64,000 bases of DNA from Bacteroidota bacterium (GTDB lineage Bacteria > Bacteroidota > Bacteroidia > Palsa-948): assembly GCA_016213435.1 (NCBI GenBank), contig JACRAL010000093.1, positions 13,670 to 77,669 on the forward strand. Reading direction: 5' to 3'. This document shows positions 29,647-39,678 of the stretch, in pieces. The translations under genes and the position numbers were made by a program. Each line of letters starts with the position of its first letter. Positions within the stretch are counted from its first letter, which is position 1. The notes beneath the pieces are model-generated. The model saw nothing but the letters and a program-made list of their open reading frames with translations, was not told the DNA's origin and made no database searches.

Positions 29647-31446
29647 ATGCAAAAAATCAGAAACATCGCCATTATCGCCCACGTTGACCACGGAAAAACT
29701 ACCCTCGTTGACAAAATTCTTCATCAGTGCCAGCTCTTTCGTGAAAACCAGGAGACAGGAGATTTAATTCTCGACAATAATGATCTGGAACGGGAGCGCG
29801 GAATCACAATTCTCGCAAAGAACGTTTCGGTAAAATACAAGGATACAAAAATCAACATCATTGATACTCCAGGCCACGCAGATTTCGGAGGTGAAGTAGA
29901 ACGCGTACTGAACATGGCAGACGGAGTTCTTCTGCTGGTTGATGCTTTTGAAGGACCGATGCCACAGACAAGATTTGTTCTGCAAAAAGCATTGGCGCAA
30001 GGATTGAAAGCAATCGTTGTCATCAATAAAGTTGACAAACCAAATTGCCGTCCGGATGAGGTGCATGATGCCGTGTTCGAACTTTTCTTTAATCTTAACG
30101 CTACCGAAGATCAATTGAATTTTCCTACGATTTATGGTTCATCAAAACATGGCTGGATGAATACAGATTGGAAAAATCCAACCACTACCATTCTTCCTTT
30201 GCTCGATGCTATTGTGGAGCATATTCCTTCTGCACCCATTCGCGAAGGCACCTTGCAAATGCAGATCACTTCGCTGGATTATTCATCTTTCATCGGCAGA
30301 ATCGCAGTTGGAAGAGTTTTCAGAGGAGAAATTAAAGAAAATATGCCTTTCTCTCTTGTGAAGAGAGATGGGAAAATTTTAAAACTCAGAATACGGGAGA
30401 TATTTACGTTTGACGGACTTGAAAAGAAAAAGGTTCCTTTTGTAAAATCAGGAGACATATGCGCTGTAACAGGCATTGAAGGTTTCGACATCGGTGATAC
30501 CATTGCTGATTTTGAGAATCCGGAAGGACTCATTCCCATTGCGATTGATGAGCCTACGATGAGCATGATATTTACCATTAACAATTCTCCTTTTTACGGA
30601 CGTGATGGAAAATTCGTAACCTCGCGCCACCTGAAAGAAAGACTGGACAGAGAGCTTGAAAAAAATCTCGCTCTCCGCGTAGAAGAAACAGGATCCCCTG
30701 ATTCTTATAATGTTTTCGGAAGAGGAATTCTTCATCTTTCCATTCTTGTTGAGACGATGAGAAGAGAAGGATATGAACTACAATTGGGGCAACCTCAGGT
30801 TATCATTAAGGAAATTGACGGAGTAAAACATGAACCTATTGAAGTGCTTACTGTTGATACACCGCAGGAATGCACAGGAAAAGTGATAGAATTTGTGAGC
30901 CAGCGCAGAGGAGAAATGCTGGTGATGGAACCTAAAGGAGACTTGGTTCGCATGGAGTTTGATATTCCAGCGCGTGGACTGATAGGATTGAGAAACGCCA
31001 TCCTCACAGCCACAGCCGGAGAGGCAATCATGGCTCATCGCTTAAAAGATTTTGAACCATGGAAAGGAGATATTCCGGGCAGAAATTCCGGAGTTCTTAT
31101 TTCCAAAGAAAAAGGACCTGCTGTTGCATTTTCAATAGACAGACTGCAAGACAGAGGAAAATATTTTGTTGAACCGGGAGATGAGATATATCCCGGACAA
31201 ATAATCGGGGAACACATTCGCCCCGATGACCTGGTGATAAACATCTGCACAGAAAAAAAACTGACTAACATGCGCGCTTCTGGAAGTGAAGAAAAGATGC
31301 GCATTGCACCTAAAATTAATTTCTCTCTGGAAGAAGCGATGGAATACATTCAGAAAGACGAATTAGTGGAAGTAACGCCAAAGCATATCCGCATGAGGAA
31401 AATTGTTCTCGATGAGAACGAAAGAAAGCGTTCCGAGAAGAAATAA
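29647..31446 (+). CDS. typA: Translational GTPase TypA/BipA
   Basis: 599 aa with the GTP-binding motifs AHVDHGKTT and DTPGHADF and EF-G-like domains. Confidence 0.95.
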   Translation: MQKIRNIAIIAHVDHGKTTLVDKILHQCQLFRENQETGDLILDNNDLERERGITILAKNVSVKYKDTKINIIDTPGHADFGGEVERVLNMADGVLLLVDAFEGPMPQTRFVLQKALAQGLKAIVVINKVDKPNCRPDEVHDAVFELFFNLNATEDQLNFPTIYGSSKHGWMNTDWKNPTTTILPLLDAIVEHIPSAPIREGTLQMQITSLDYSSFIGRIAVGRVFRGEIKENMPFSLVKRDGKILKLRIREIFTFDGLEKKKVPFVKSGDICAVTGIEGFDIGDTIADFENPEGLIPIAIDEPTMSMIFTINNSPFYGRDGKFVTSRHLKERLDRELEKNLALRVEETGSPDSYNVFGRGILHLSILVETMRREGYELQLGQPQVIIKEIDGVKHEPIEVLTVDTPQECTGKVIEFVSQRRGEMLVMEPKGDLVRMEFDIPARGLIGLRNAILTATAGEAIMAHRLKDFEPWKGDIPGRNSGVLISKEKGPAVAFSIDRLQDRGKYFVEPGDEIYPGQIIGEHIRPDDLVINICTEKKLTNMRASGSEEKMRIAPKINFSLEEAMEYIQKDELVEVTPKHIRMRKIVLDENERKRSEKK

Positions 31447-31629
31447 TTGAGCAATATATTTTTGCATTGTCATGATAAGCGTACCCGAAACATCTATTAT
31501 TAAAAAAAATCCTTCCATTATGTCCATGGTGACATTTGTGTAATGATTATGATTTTTGAGGTGTCTCTATGCAGATTATGTGGTTGATGCCACATCCTTT
31601 GCTCCACTTGAAGAAAGAAATGAAGTTGT

Positions 31630-32382
31630 TTAAAGTTGACGTAGTAAAATCACAGTACATGCTAATAGGTTGAGAGCTTTCCAATGAATTTTATTTGTTT
31701 CAAAACGCACCAAAAGTGCCTTGAATCCATCCATCCAAGCATTTGTTCTCTCTATGACAAATCTGCATTTGTAGAGCAAATCGTCAAAAATATATTCAGC
31801 AGGATTCCCGTTTCTTTTATTCTGGTCAATATTGGATATGATGTCATTTTGGTAGCAATAATTGCGAAACTCTTTTGTGTCAAAACCCGAATCAGCATTT
31901 AAAAACAGTCCCTCTGTAGGAATTGTTGAATCGCGTATGTCCTGCAACATGGTATCAACGGTCTTCTCTAAATTATAGGCATCATTATGATTGCCCTCTA
32001 CCGCTTCGCTGCAAGCCAATGGCGTGCCTTGATTGTCAGCTATGATAAGCATATTGCTTGTCTTGCATTTTTTTCTTCCTTGATATGCTACTGCTTCTCC
32101 TCCACGTTTGGAAGGGGTATGCGTACCGTCCAATTGTATGCTGGATAAATCAAGTATGCCCTTATGCTTTTCTAATGTCTTGTTCCAAACCATTTCCCAA
32201 CTACCATCTTTACACCATTTCTGAAAATGGTAGTAAACACTTTGCCATTTGTATCTGGTTCTAAAAAATTGCTTCATGGGTAATTCTCTCCATTGACATC
32301 CTGTTTTTAACCTGAATAGTATCGCTTCTACTACGTGTACTTGTTTTACTTTGGTGTTGCCTAAATGATTGCCAAATTTCAA
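31630..32382 (-). mobile_element. IS5-family (DDE) transposase gene, possibly 5'-truncated
   Basis: 250 aa containing LKTGCQWRELP and the C-terminal DDE region. It begins with TTG and lacks the usual ~25-aa N-terminal segment. No terminal inverted repeats were identified. Confidence 0.75.
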
Positions 32383-32559
32383 ATGTGGGCAAATCTCTTT
32401 TTTATTGTATTTTTGTTTATCATTTTTTTTCTTCTTTTTTGAAAGAAAGATGCGGATTATTGTTTAGCAATATTTTGTCGTCTTTCTTTCTTTTAAACAG
32501 CCAACCTTAAACAACTTCAATTAGTAAATCGGATTCAATACCTGTAATAATAAAGATAA

Positions 32560-32637
32560 CCGAACAAATAAAGGTACAGTTCCTATAAAACCTTGAACTG
32601 TTCTTGTTCAACTTTGAGTAGTTCCTGTACAACCTTA
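32560..32637. repeat. About 80-bp leader sequence, direct repeat of 39679..39757
   Basis: CCGAACAAATAAAGGTAC(A/C)GTTCCTAT(A/G)AAACCTTGAACTGTTCTTGTTCAACTTTGAGTAG... is about 95 percent identical in both copies. Confidence 0.8.
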
Positions 32638-33170
32638 AACTGCCCTTATGAAACCTTGCACTTCTTTGATGCAACATTGAGCAACTTCTGTGCAACCTTG
32701 AGCAACTCCTGTGTAACCTTAAACAGCCCCTACGCAACATTGATCAGTTCCTGTGTAACCTTAAGCAGACCCTACACAACCTTGAGCAGTTCCTGCGTAA
32801 CCTTGAGCAGCTCCTGTGTAATCTTGCACTGTCTTGATGTAATGTTGCGGAGGAGCAAATACACATGTGGAAGTAGCAAGCACATGTGTGGAAGGAGCTG
32901 ACACATGTGTGGAAGGAGTAAGCACACATGCGGAAGTAGTAGGCACATGTGTGTAATGAACGAGTACATGTGTGAAAGAAGCGAGTACACATGTGGAAGG
33001 AGCAAGCACATGTGTGGAAGAAGCTGGTACATGTGTGGAAGAAGCGAATACACATGTGGAAGTAGCAGTCATATGTGTTGAAGTAGCGAGTACACATGTG
33101 GAAGAAGACGGAACATGTGTTTTTGCACTAAAAACACATGTGTATGCAATAAATACACATACCTTAGCGT
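32592..33170. repeat. 21-bp minisatellite of about 27 units
   Basis: Strict 21-bp periodicity. The consensus switches near 32845 from ACCTTGAGCAGNTCCTGTGTA to ACATGTGTGGAAGNAGCNAGC. No single frame stays open across the array. Confidence 0.85.
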
Positions 33171-33191
33171 TAAAGCAATAAATCATTCGAT

Positions 33192-33830
33192 ATGAGAAAC
33201 ATTATTCCAAAGCTCGGACTCAAGTTTCTGCGCGATGCTGAGCTTACCGAGTATGCGTATGAAAAGGTGGAAAAGATAAACGCTGCTGCCGGGTTTGCCG
33301 GCATTGTTCCCTCCGCAGCCGATGTGAGAGCCAAAACCCTGCAATACGATGCCGCGCTTGTGAAAGCGGATAACGGAACAAGGGCGGACACTGCAAAGAA
33401 AAACGCCCTGCGCACAGAACTGGAACAAATGCTTATGTATCAGGCGTCAGATGCAGCCCGGATTGCCAGCGGAGATATGGCATTGTATTTAAGATCGGGG
33501 TATGCGGCAAAGAATGTGAAAGGGAGCCCGGGCGGTGAACTTCCTGAAGTAAGGGGAGTGCAGCTCTCTTATGGCAACAATACCGGTGAGCTGAAAATAA
33601 AATGGAATACGCTGCTCAAAGCGCAAAACTTCATTGTGCAGGTGTATGCGGACAACGCCCACCCCGAAGCATCCCTCATTAAAGAATATTTTTTCAATAA
33701 AATAGGAAGAAAGAAAACCACTCTGAGCGATCTGCCATCGGGGAAAATTGTTTTTGTAAGGGTAAGGGCTAATGGCGGAAGCACCGGGCAGGGACCCTGG
33801 AGTGACGTTACGGAGAAGAGGGTGCCGTGA
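33192..33830 (+). CDS. Hypothetical protein with a possible Ig/FN3-like C-terminal domain
   Basis: 212-aa ORF. Confidence 0.4.
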   Translation: MRNIIPKLGLKFLRDAELTEYAYEKVEKINAAAGFAGIVPSAADVRAKTLQYDAALVKADNGTRADTAKKNALRTELEQMLMYQASDAARIASGDMALYLRSGYAAKNVKGSPGGELPEVRGVQLSYGNNTGELKIKWNTLLKAQNFIVQVYADNAHPEASLIKEYFFNKIGRKKTTLSDLPSGKIVFVRVRANGGSTGQGPWSDVTEKRVP

Positions 33831-33922
33831 AGTATTATACGAAACGCTAAAAGGAACGAATGAACGAATAAATACAAGGGCTGTTATTCGCTGATTCGTT
33901 TTTGTTCGGGATTCGTCCCTTT

Positions 33923-36061
33923 TTATTTATTGATGATGAGCTTTTTTGTTGCTGTTCCTTGATCGGATTTTACTTGCAGGAAGTAAATTCCTTGCTCCAA
34001 CCCTGAAGGGAGAGAAACAGAAAATGTATCAGCGCCTTTTAGGGACGGAGCATCTTCATACACTTTTTCTCCCATTACATTATAGATACCTAATTCTCCT
34101 TTTGCCAACTGCCCATTGCTTATTTGTATTTGAAATGTTCCGCTCGTGGGATTGGGGAAAATAATAAAATCATTTTGCAGAGAAAAAGCAGGAACGTCAT
34201 TAGTACAACTTATAGTAGTTATAAAAGTGTCTATACAACTATGTGTATCTGTAATTATTAATGTATATGTGCCTTGAGTAAGTCCCGTTGACGTTGCCGT
34301 GGTTTGTCCATTGTTCCATGAGTAATAATATGGAGGGGTACCTCCTGTAACAGTAGCCACAATTTTGCCATCGTTACCAGTGCAAGAGGAAGCATTGGTA
34401 ATTGCAAGATTATTTGAAATGGCAAGTGGTTGTGTAATAGCAATTACATTTTGAACCGAACAACCAAAAGAATCGGTAACTGTTACCGTATAATTACCTG
34501 CTGACAAACCCGTAATAGCAGAAGTTGTTTGCCCGGTATTCCAAAGATAGGTATAGGGGGCAGTTCCGTTTGAGGAAATTTGAGTGGCATAACCATTATT
34601 TCCTCCGTTACAACTAATGTTAGTAGAAATATTATTAAGTGATATACAAGGAGGGTTTAACTTTGCGATAAAAATATCTCCTCCTCCTGCATCAACAGGA
34701 TTTAAAGTAGTGCTCCCAAAAGCATGTGTATTAATATCAAAACCTCCTGATAATAACACCTTGCTGTTAGGGTCTACACATATACTATACCCCTGATCAT
34801 AGAAATTTCCCGAAGGATTTGTGGCCCAAACCACATTACCTGAACTATCATATTTTACTACAAAAGTAACGGTAGCGTTACTCGGACCAGTATTGGGGAT
34901 AACATAACTGCCAAAGGTAATAGCGGAGCTATTAAAAGTTCCGATTATATATATAGTATTATTATTTGTATCAACACTTATACTAGTACCATAATCAGAA
35001 CCACTTCCTCCAGCATTTTTGGCCCACACTACATTGCCAGAAGCATCATATTTAGTTACAAAAAAATCTTCTGTATAGGGGTAAGTGTGTACGCCTGTTA
35101 AGGTTGTATTTCCTAAAAAAAGTTGGCTACTTATAAAACTACCTGTTACATATGCATTACCACCATTATCAGTGCTGATCCCTAAACCAGTGTCCCAATT
35201 ATCTCCATTACCACTTTTAGCCCATATCACATTACCCAATGAATCATATTTTACAACAAAAATATCAGCGCCACCGAAATTTAATAACGTATCGGTACCA
35301 ATTCTCATGGAGGCACCGCTATAATAACCCGTTATAAACACATTGCCGCTTACGTCTGTACAAATGCTATTGCCTGAATCGTTACAAGTGCCATAGTCTC
35401 TTTTCGCCCATACTGCATTTCCTGATGCATCATATTTTACAATAAAAACTTTGGTGGAATTTGTACCGTTTGGAAATACTGTACTGCCAAAGCTAATGGA
35501 AGAACTAACAAAACTTCCTGTTACATAAACATTACCACTATTATCAGTGCAAATGCTATTCGCAACATCGTCCATGGTTCCACCCACTCCTTTAGCCCAT
35601 AGTACATTCCCTAAAGAATCATACTTTACAACAAAAATATCTTCAGTACCGCTTCCGCCTGCATTTGTTAATGTAGTGCTGCCAAAAGTAATATTGGAAC
35701 TACTAAAAAATCCGGTAACATAGACATTTCCGTTAACATCTGTACTGATACCGTTGCTTACATCGATTTTCGTTCCCCCTGCTCTTTTAGCCCAAACAAC
35801 ATTCCCTGATGGATTGTATTTTACTATAAAGAAATCACTACTGTAAGATCCAGCATTTGTTAAAGTAATACTGTCAAAAGTAATAGTTGATGCAACAAAA
35901 AACCCTGTAAAATATACATTGCCATTAAGATCCGTACACAAATGATTACTATATCCATTGGATCGACCAATTACACCTTTAGCCCATATCCAATTTGGCA
36001 CTTGGGCATTTGCAACGTAAATACAAATCACAAACAAAGCAGCCGCGTAAAGTTTTTTCAT
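33923..36061 (-). CDS. Secreted SBBP beta-propeller repeat protein with a type IX secretion C-terminal sorting domain
   Basis: 712 aa. Repeated GNVYVTGFF/GNAYVTGSF motifs. C-terminal IIFPNPTSGTFQI...GIYFLQVKS...KLIINK. Confidence 0.7.
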   Translation of the reverse strand: MKKLYAAALFVICIYVANAQVPNWIWAKGVIGRSNGYSNHLCTDLNGNVYFTGFFVASTITFDSITLTNAGSYSSDFFIVKYNPSGNVVWAKRAGGTKIDVSNGISTDVNGNVYVTGFFSSSNITFGSTTLTNAGGSGTEDIFVVKYDSLGNVLWAKGVGGTMDDVANSICTDNSGNVYVTGSFVSSSISFGSTVFPNGTNSTKVFIVKYDASGNAVWAKRDYGTCNDSGNSICTDVSGNVFITGYYSGASMRIGTDTLLNFGGADIFVVKYDSLGNVIWAKSGNGDNWDTGLGISTDNGGNAYVTGSFISSQLFLGNTTLTGVHTYPYTEDFFVTKYDASGNVVWAKNAGGSGSDYGTSISVDTNNNTIYIIGTFNSSAITFGSYVIPNTGPSNATVTFVVKYDSSGNVVWATNPSGNFYDQGYSICVDPNSKVLLSGGFDINTHAFGSTTLNPVDAGGGDIFIAKLNPPCISLNNISTNISCNGGNNGYATQISSNGTAPYTYLWNTGQTTSAITGLSAGNYTVTVTDSFGCSVQNVIAITQPLAISNNLAITNASSCTGNDGKIVATVTGGTPPYYYSWNNGQTTATSTGLTQGTYTLIITDTHSCIDTFITTISCTNDVPAFSLQNDFIIFPNPTSGTFQIQISNGQLAKGELGIYNVMGEKVYEDAPSLKGADTFSVSLPSGLEQGIYFLQVKSDQGTATKKLIINK

Positions 36062-36159
36062 TGCATTAGTTTTAAGAAAAGAATAGATGAATGTAAGAAA
36101 TTAAGTGATTACTCAGCAGGAAAGATAAAACAAGGTTGATTAGAGATAGCGTAATTTTG

Positions 36160-36203
36160 TCCGAACAGTTCTCTCCGATGTTCATCGGAGAGACACGGAT
36201 GGG
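36160..36203. repeat. 42-bp direct repeat containing the perfect palindrome TCTCTCCGATG-TT-CATCGGAGAGA
   Basis: Matches 39603..39646 with about 5 mismatches. Together the two copies bracket the restriction-modification module. Confidence 0.8.
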
Positions 36204-36210
36204 AAGGAAT

Positions 36211-36672
36211 TTAAAACAGCGAAAGCTGTTCGGGCTTATCGGTAGAGGTCTTTTCTCCCGATAATTGTCGGGATTTCGCTTCGCTCAATTTTTCCTGAGA
36301 TTTTGTTTCTTCTTCTTCTTGAGATTGCTTCACTTCGTTCGCAATGACGGTGGAGCTTGCTTCCTTCAATATTTCCTGACGCTGTTCTACTTTTTCTTCA
36401 AAGAATTCCATATCGGCAATAGCCAGTTCCATTTCGCTGGGAACATCGGCAATATTGTTTATGGCTTTGCGAATGCGCGCCTCAATTACCTGACTGCGCC
36501 AAATTCTTAAAAGTTCAAGAGAAGATGTCATCTTTTCCTTCTCGGCAATTACGGATTGCTTATGAATAATATCAAGGTGTTTTTCTAACTTCTTGTCAGA
36601 AAATGTGGTCATCTGCGCAATATATTCTTCTGCGTGTTCAAGGGCTTGACGTATTTGGATTTCGGTGCTCAT
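36211..36672 (-). CDS. Acidic coiled-coil protein of unknown function, translationally coupled to the RM gene
   Basis: 153 aa. Its ATG overlaps the stop of 36669..39557 (ATGA). Confidence 0.5.
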   Translation of the reverse strand: MSTEIQIRQALEHAEEYIAQMTTFSDKKLEKHLDIIHKQSVIAEKEKMTSSLELLRIWRSQVIEARIRKAINNIADVPSEMELAIADMEFFEEKVEQRQEILKEASSTVIANEVKQSQEEEETKSQEKLSEAKSRQLSGEKTSTDKPEQLSLF

Positions 36673-39557
36673 TCTTGCTTGCCTTCAATTATTTTGATTT
36701 CCTTGTCGGTTAAATTATACAATTCATACACAAGCTGGTTTATTTTTTCTTCGCTATGTTCAATGCGTTGTTTTAAATGCTCAGTTTTGCTTTGGAGTTT
36801 TTCTTCTTGGAATTCTTCGTTCAATTTCAGAAGCAAATCAACGTGTTTTACAATTTCATCATGTTTTTCTTTATTAAATTTATTTTCAAAATCAATTTCT
36901 CTTATCGGTAAATTTGCTACGTTGGTTTTCTTTACTTCCGCTAGTGCTTCACCTTTTTCTGGATTCAGAGTTTGATAGTACCAATTTAAGGTTTTAGAAT
37001 TGATAATGCCAAGGAGAAAAAGTAAACTGACCTTTGTATTTTCTTTTGGAACAAGTACGTGCATATTATTCAGGCAGAGCAGTTTTGTTTTATCAAGAGT
37101 AGCAATTAAGCTATCTCCAGTTTGGCGCATAAATATCTTTTCAGGCGCGTCAAAATTGGCTGATTGTCTTGGCTCTGCAAGCCATTCACCGAACTTAATA
37201 TACCTTTCCTCGAGAGCATTTATAACATAGCGGTTCATGTCCTTCCCTCTTAAATACTTTCTATATGCTTTATCCTTTTTCTTGTCACTATCAAAAACAC
37301 GATTTTCAACATCTCCTCTGGTTTGCTTTGGATTTCCTTTACCAACTTGATAAGGTTTTATTCCGACATTAATATCAATATAGGTTTCGAGTGGTTTGGT
37401 ATGTTCTTGTGTTTTTTTGAAAAGCTTTTTTTCAAATTCATTCAAGAAAATATTTACCACTTCGCCATCTTGATCTATCCATTCTTTTTGAGAATGAATA
37501 AATTCGGTGTGCTTGCCATTAAATAATGGCTTTCCTTTCTCGACAACGGTAATTCTAACTTTGTTCGACTTAGGATTCTTTTTTGAAAGAAGAATAATTT
37601 CTGTATCTACAGTTACATCAGGAAATACGGGGTCTTTGAAATGCACGATTTCATTAACGGCTACAGTTTCAAAAATAAATTTTCTTAATCCTTTTTGCAA
37701 AAGATTAGTAAGCCAAGGATTAGGAATGATCATTCCAAAATTTCCATCATTTTTTAAAAGAACCTTGACGGATTGTTCGAGAAAGATTAAATAACTATCT
37801 AACTGATAATTTTGGTTAGAATATTTTTTAAGTAAATACTTTTTCTGCTCCTCTGAAAATTCTGCACCATACGGAGGATTACCGATAACTACATCAAAAG
37901 CTCCATTTTTAAATACATCAGGGAATCCTTTTTTCCAGTTGAACGGATGAATTTTTGATGAACTATCAAAATCAAATTCTTCATCTAAATCTATTAGACT
38001 ATTTCCATTCTTAATATTATTATCCAAATCGGGAAGAATGCGCTCGTGAAAAACACTTAACTGCTGTTTGATGCTGGCTTCGGTTTCGCCTTCCATACAC
38101 TTGAGGAGCAAACTTAGTTTGGTTACTTCCACCGCGTTTGCGTCAATATCCACTCCGAAAATATTATTGAGCAGTATTTTCTTTTTCTCGGAAGTGGTAA
38201 GCCCGCCTCCATTCTTTCCTGTGAGGGAAGGAGCTAATGCTTTTGCTTTCTTGGCTTCTGCGGGATGATGGTGATACCAGTTCACATGGTATTGAACCAA
38301 ATATTGAAACGCACCGATAAGAAACGAACCGCTTCCGCAGGCGGGATCAACTATTTTCAGTTGAGCTATTTCTTTCGGTGTTTTGCCTTCAATGAGTTTT
38401 CCGACTGTGTTTTTTACAATGTACTCCACAATGTATTGGGGCGTGTAATACACACCGCCTGCCTTGCGCACTTCGGGCTTTACTTCAATGCGTGCGCTGT
38501 GCGAAGATGTGATGCGTATTACTTTTCCGAGAAACTGTTCGTAAGCATTTCCGAGAACCTCCACGGGCATTACGCGAAAAACATAGGGAGAGGGGTAATA
38601 TAGATCCTCTATAATTTTTTTCAGCACTTTATTTTTTATCGTGAGCTTTTCCGAAATGCTGTCTTTCTTAAAATCAAATAACCCGCTGTTGTATTTATCA
38701 TCGGCTCGCTTGAATAAATCATACAAGTTGTCGTAAGAATTGCCGTGTGAAACTGCTTTTTGCAACTGCCCGTATTGCTCAACTCCCCGATCTTCACAGA
38801 AGCGAAGAAAAATCAGCCGGTCAATGGTTTGCTGAACGACAAAATTTATTTCTTCTTCATTCAGTTTTTTATTTTCAAGGGCAATGCTTGTCGCCAAATA
38901 TTTTCTCCAGCTATCGAGGGATTCAACAAAATCTTTGTCGAGCGTTTGTGTTCCTTTTTTGTAGGTGTCGCTCTGAACAAATTTATCGAAGTGTCCGCTG
39001 TAAACTGCTTCGTGCGAAAAAGTGTCGTAAAGAAAATCAAACTCTTTTATGTAGTCCTCGAAATGAATGTACTTGATGCGCGCAGAACTCGCGCTGTCGC
39101 TTTGCTTGGGGCTTCTGGTGCAATCGTAAATAATAAATTCTTCAAAGTTGGTAAGGATTGAAACGGGAGCTTGCGCGCTTCGCCCATAAATGCGCAACTG
39201 GTATGATGCTTCCCTGTTTGTCTTGAGTGAAACGGATGGCTTTTTTGCTTCCACAAAGAAAAGACGTTTGTCACTCTGCCCCGCTACGCGGAAACCATAA
39301 TCGGGGGCTTTCATTTGTCCCTTAACTCTTACTTTATCTTCGTGAATTACTTCGCGGTAAGATTCTATCCTGTCTTCTTCATGGCTCACGTCCCATCCCA
39401 AGGCGTGAAAAAACGGATTGATAAGTCCGATTCTTGTCTTGGTTTCGTTATAATCAGCAGTATGATATTCCTCCCGATGCTCTCGGAAGCGTTTAACAAG
39501 TCCTTCTATGGTGGCTTTCGCCTGGTCTCTGGTCATTTGCATAAAAAAAGCAGCCAA
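36669..39557 (-). CDS. Type IIG (single-chain) restriction-modification enzyme with an N-terminal PD-(D/E)xK nuclease, a gamma-class N6-adenine methyltransferase, and a target-recognition domain
   Basis: 962 aa. N-terminal D-YGFRV...FVEAKK. Methyltransferase motif I VDPACGSGSFL and motif IV NPPYG. Confidence 0.8.
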   Translation of the reverse strand: MAAFFMQMTRDQAKATIEGLVKRFREHREEYHTADYNETKTRIGLINPFFHALGWDVSHEEDRIESYREVIHEDKVRVKGQMKAPDYGFRVAGQSDKRLFFVEAKKPSVSLKTNREASYQLRIYGRSAQAPVSILTNFEEFIIYDCTRSPKQSDSASSARIKYIHFEDYIKEFDFLYDTFSHEAVYSGHFDKFVQSDTYKKGTQTLDKDFVESLDSWRKYLATSIALENKKLNEEEINFVVQQTIDRLIFLRFCEDRGVEQYGQLQKAVSHGNSYDNLYDLFKRADDKYNSGLFDFKKDSISEKLTIKNKVLKKIIEDLYYPSPYVFRVMPVEVLGNAYEQFLGKVIRITSSHSARIEVKPEVRKAGGVYYTPQYIVEYIVKNTVGKLIEGKTPKEIAQLKIVDPACGSGSFLIGAFQYLVQYHVNWYHHHPAEAKKAKALAPSLTGKNGGGLTTSEKKKILLNNIFGVDIDANAVEVTKLSLLLKCMEGETEASIKQQLSVFHERILPDLDNNIKNGNSLIDLDEEFDFDSSSKIHPFNWKKGFPDVFKNGAFDVVIGNPPYGAEFSEEQKKYLLKKYSNQNYQLDSYLIFLEQSVKVLLKNDGNFGMIIPNPWLTNLLQKGLRKFIFETVAVNEIVHFKDPVFPDVTVDTEIILLSKKNPKSNKVRITVVEKGKPLFNGKHTEFIHSQKEWIDQDGEVVNIFLNEFEKKLFKKTQEHTKPLETYIDINVGIKPYQVGKGNPKQTRGDVENRVFDSDKKKDKAYRKYLRGKDMNRYVINALEERYIKFGEWLAEPRQSANFDAPEKIFMRQTGDSLIATLDKTKLLCLNNMHVLVPKENTKVSLLFLLGIINSKTLNWYYQTLNPEKGEALAEVKKTNVANLPIREIDFENKFNKEKHDEIVKHVDLLLKLNEEFQEEKLQSKTEHLKQRIEHSEEKINQLVYELYNLTDKEIKIIEGKQE

Positions 39558-39602
39558 ATATACACTTTATGAGGGAGAAATTTGGATGGTTTATAAATTT
39601 TG

Positions 39603-39646
39603 CCCGAGCAGTTCTCTCCGATGTTCATCGGAGAGACTCTGATGGG
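39603..39646. repeat. Second copy of the 42-bp palindrome-containing direct repeat
   Basis: See 36160..36203. Confidence 0.8.
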
Positions 39647-39678
39647 TTATGCGCAGAGTTCCTGAACAGAAAACACTG

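Noticed and set aside
31630-32382. Calling a complete IS element with defined ends
   Set aside because: Terminal inverted repeats could not be found within 250 bp on either side and the transposase appears to lack its N-terminus, so only the gene is reported.
32592-33170. Possible CRISPR array
   Set aside because: Units are contiguous 21-mers with no alternation of conserved repeats and unique spacers, the unit is far shorter than CRISPR repeat plus spacer, and there are no cas genes nearby.
32507-33186. Multiple 70-140-aa ORFs on both strands, Cys/His/Thr-rich (MCTRYFNTYDCYFHMC..., MNCSCSTLSSSC...)
   Set aside because: They are read-through translations of the 21-bp minisatellite in various frames. 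No frame stays open across the array and composition follows the repeat, so they are not credible genes.
36170-36193. Perfect palindrome TCTCTCCGATG-TT-CATCGGAGAGA (also at 39613-39636) as a rho-independent terminator
   Set aside because: No U-tract follows on either strand. More likely part of a 42-bp repeat or recombination site, though an insulator role cannot be excluded.
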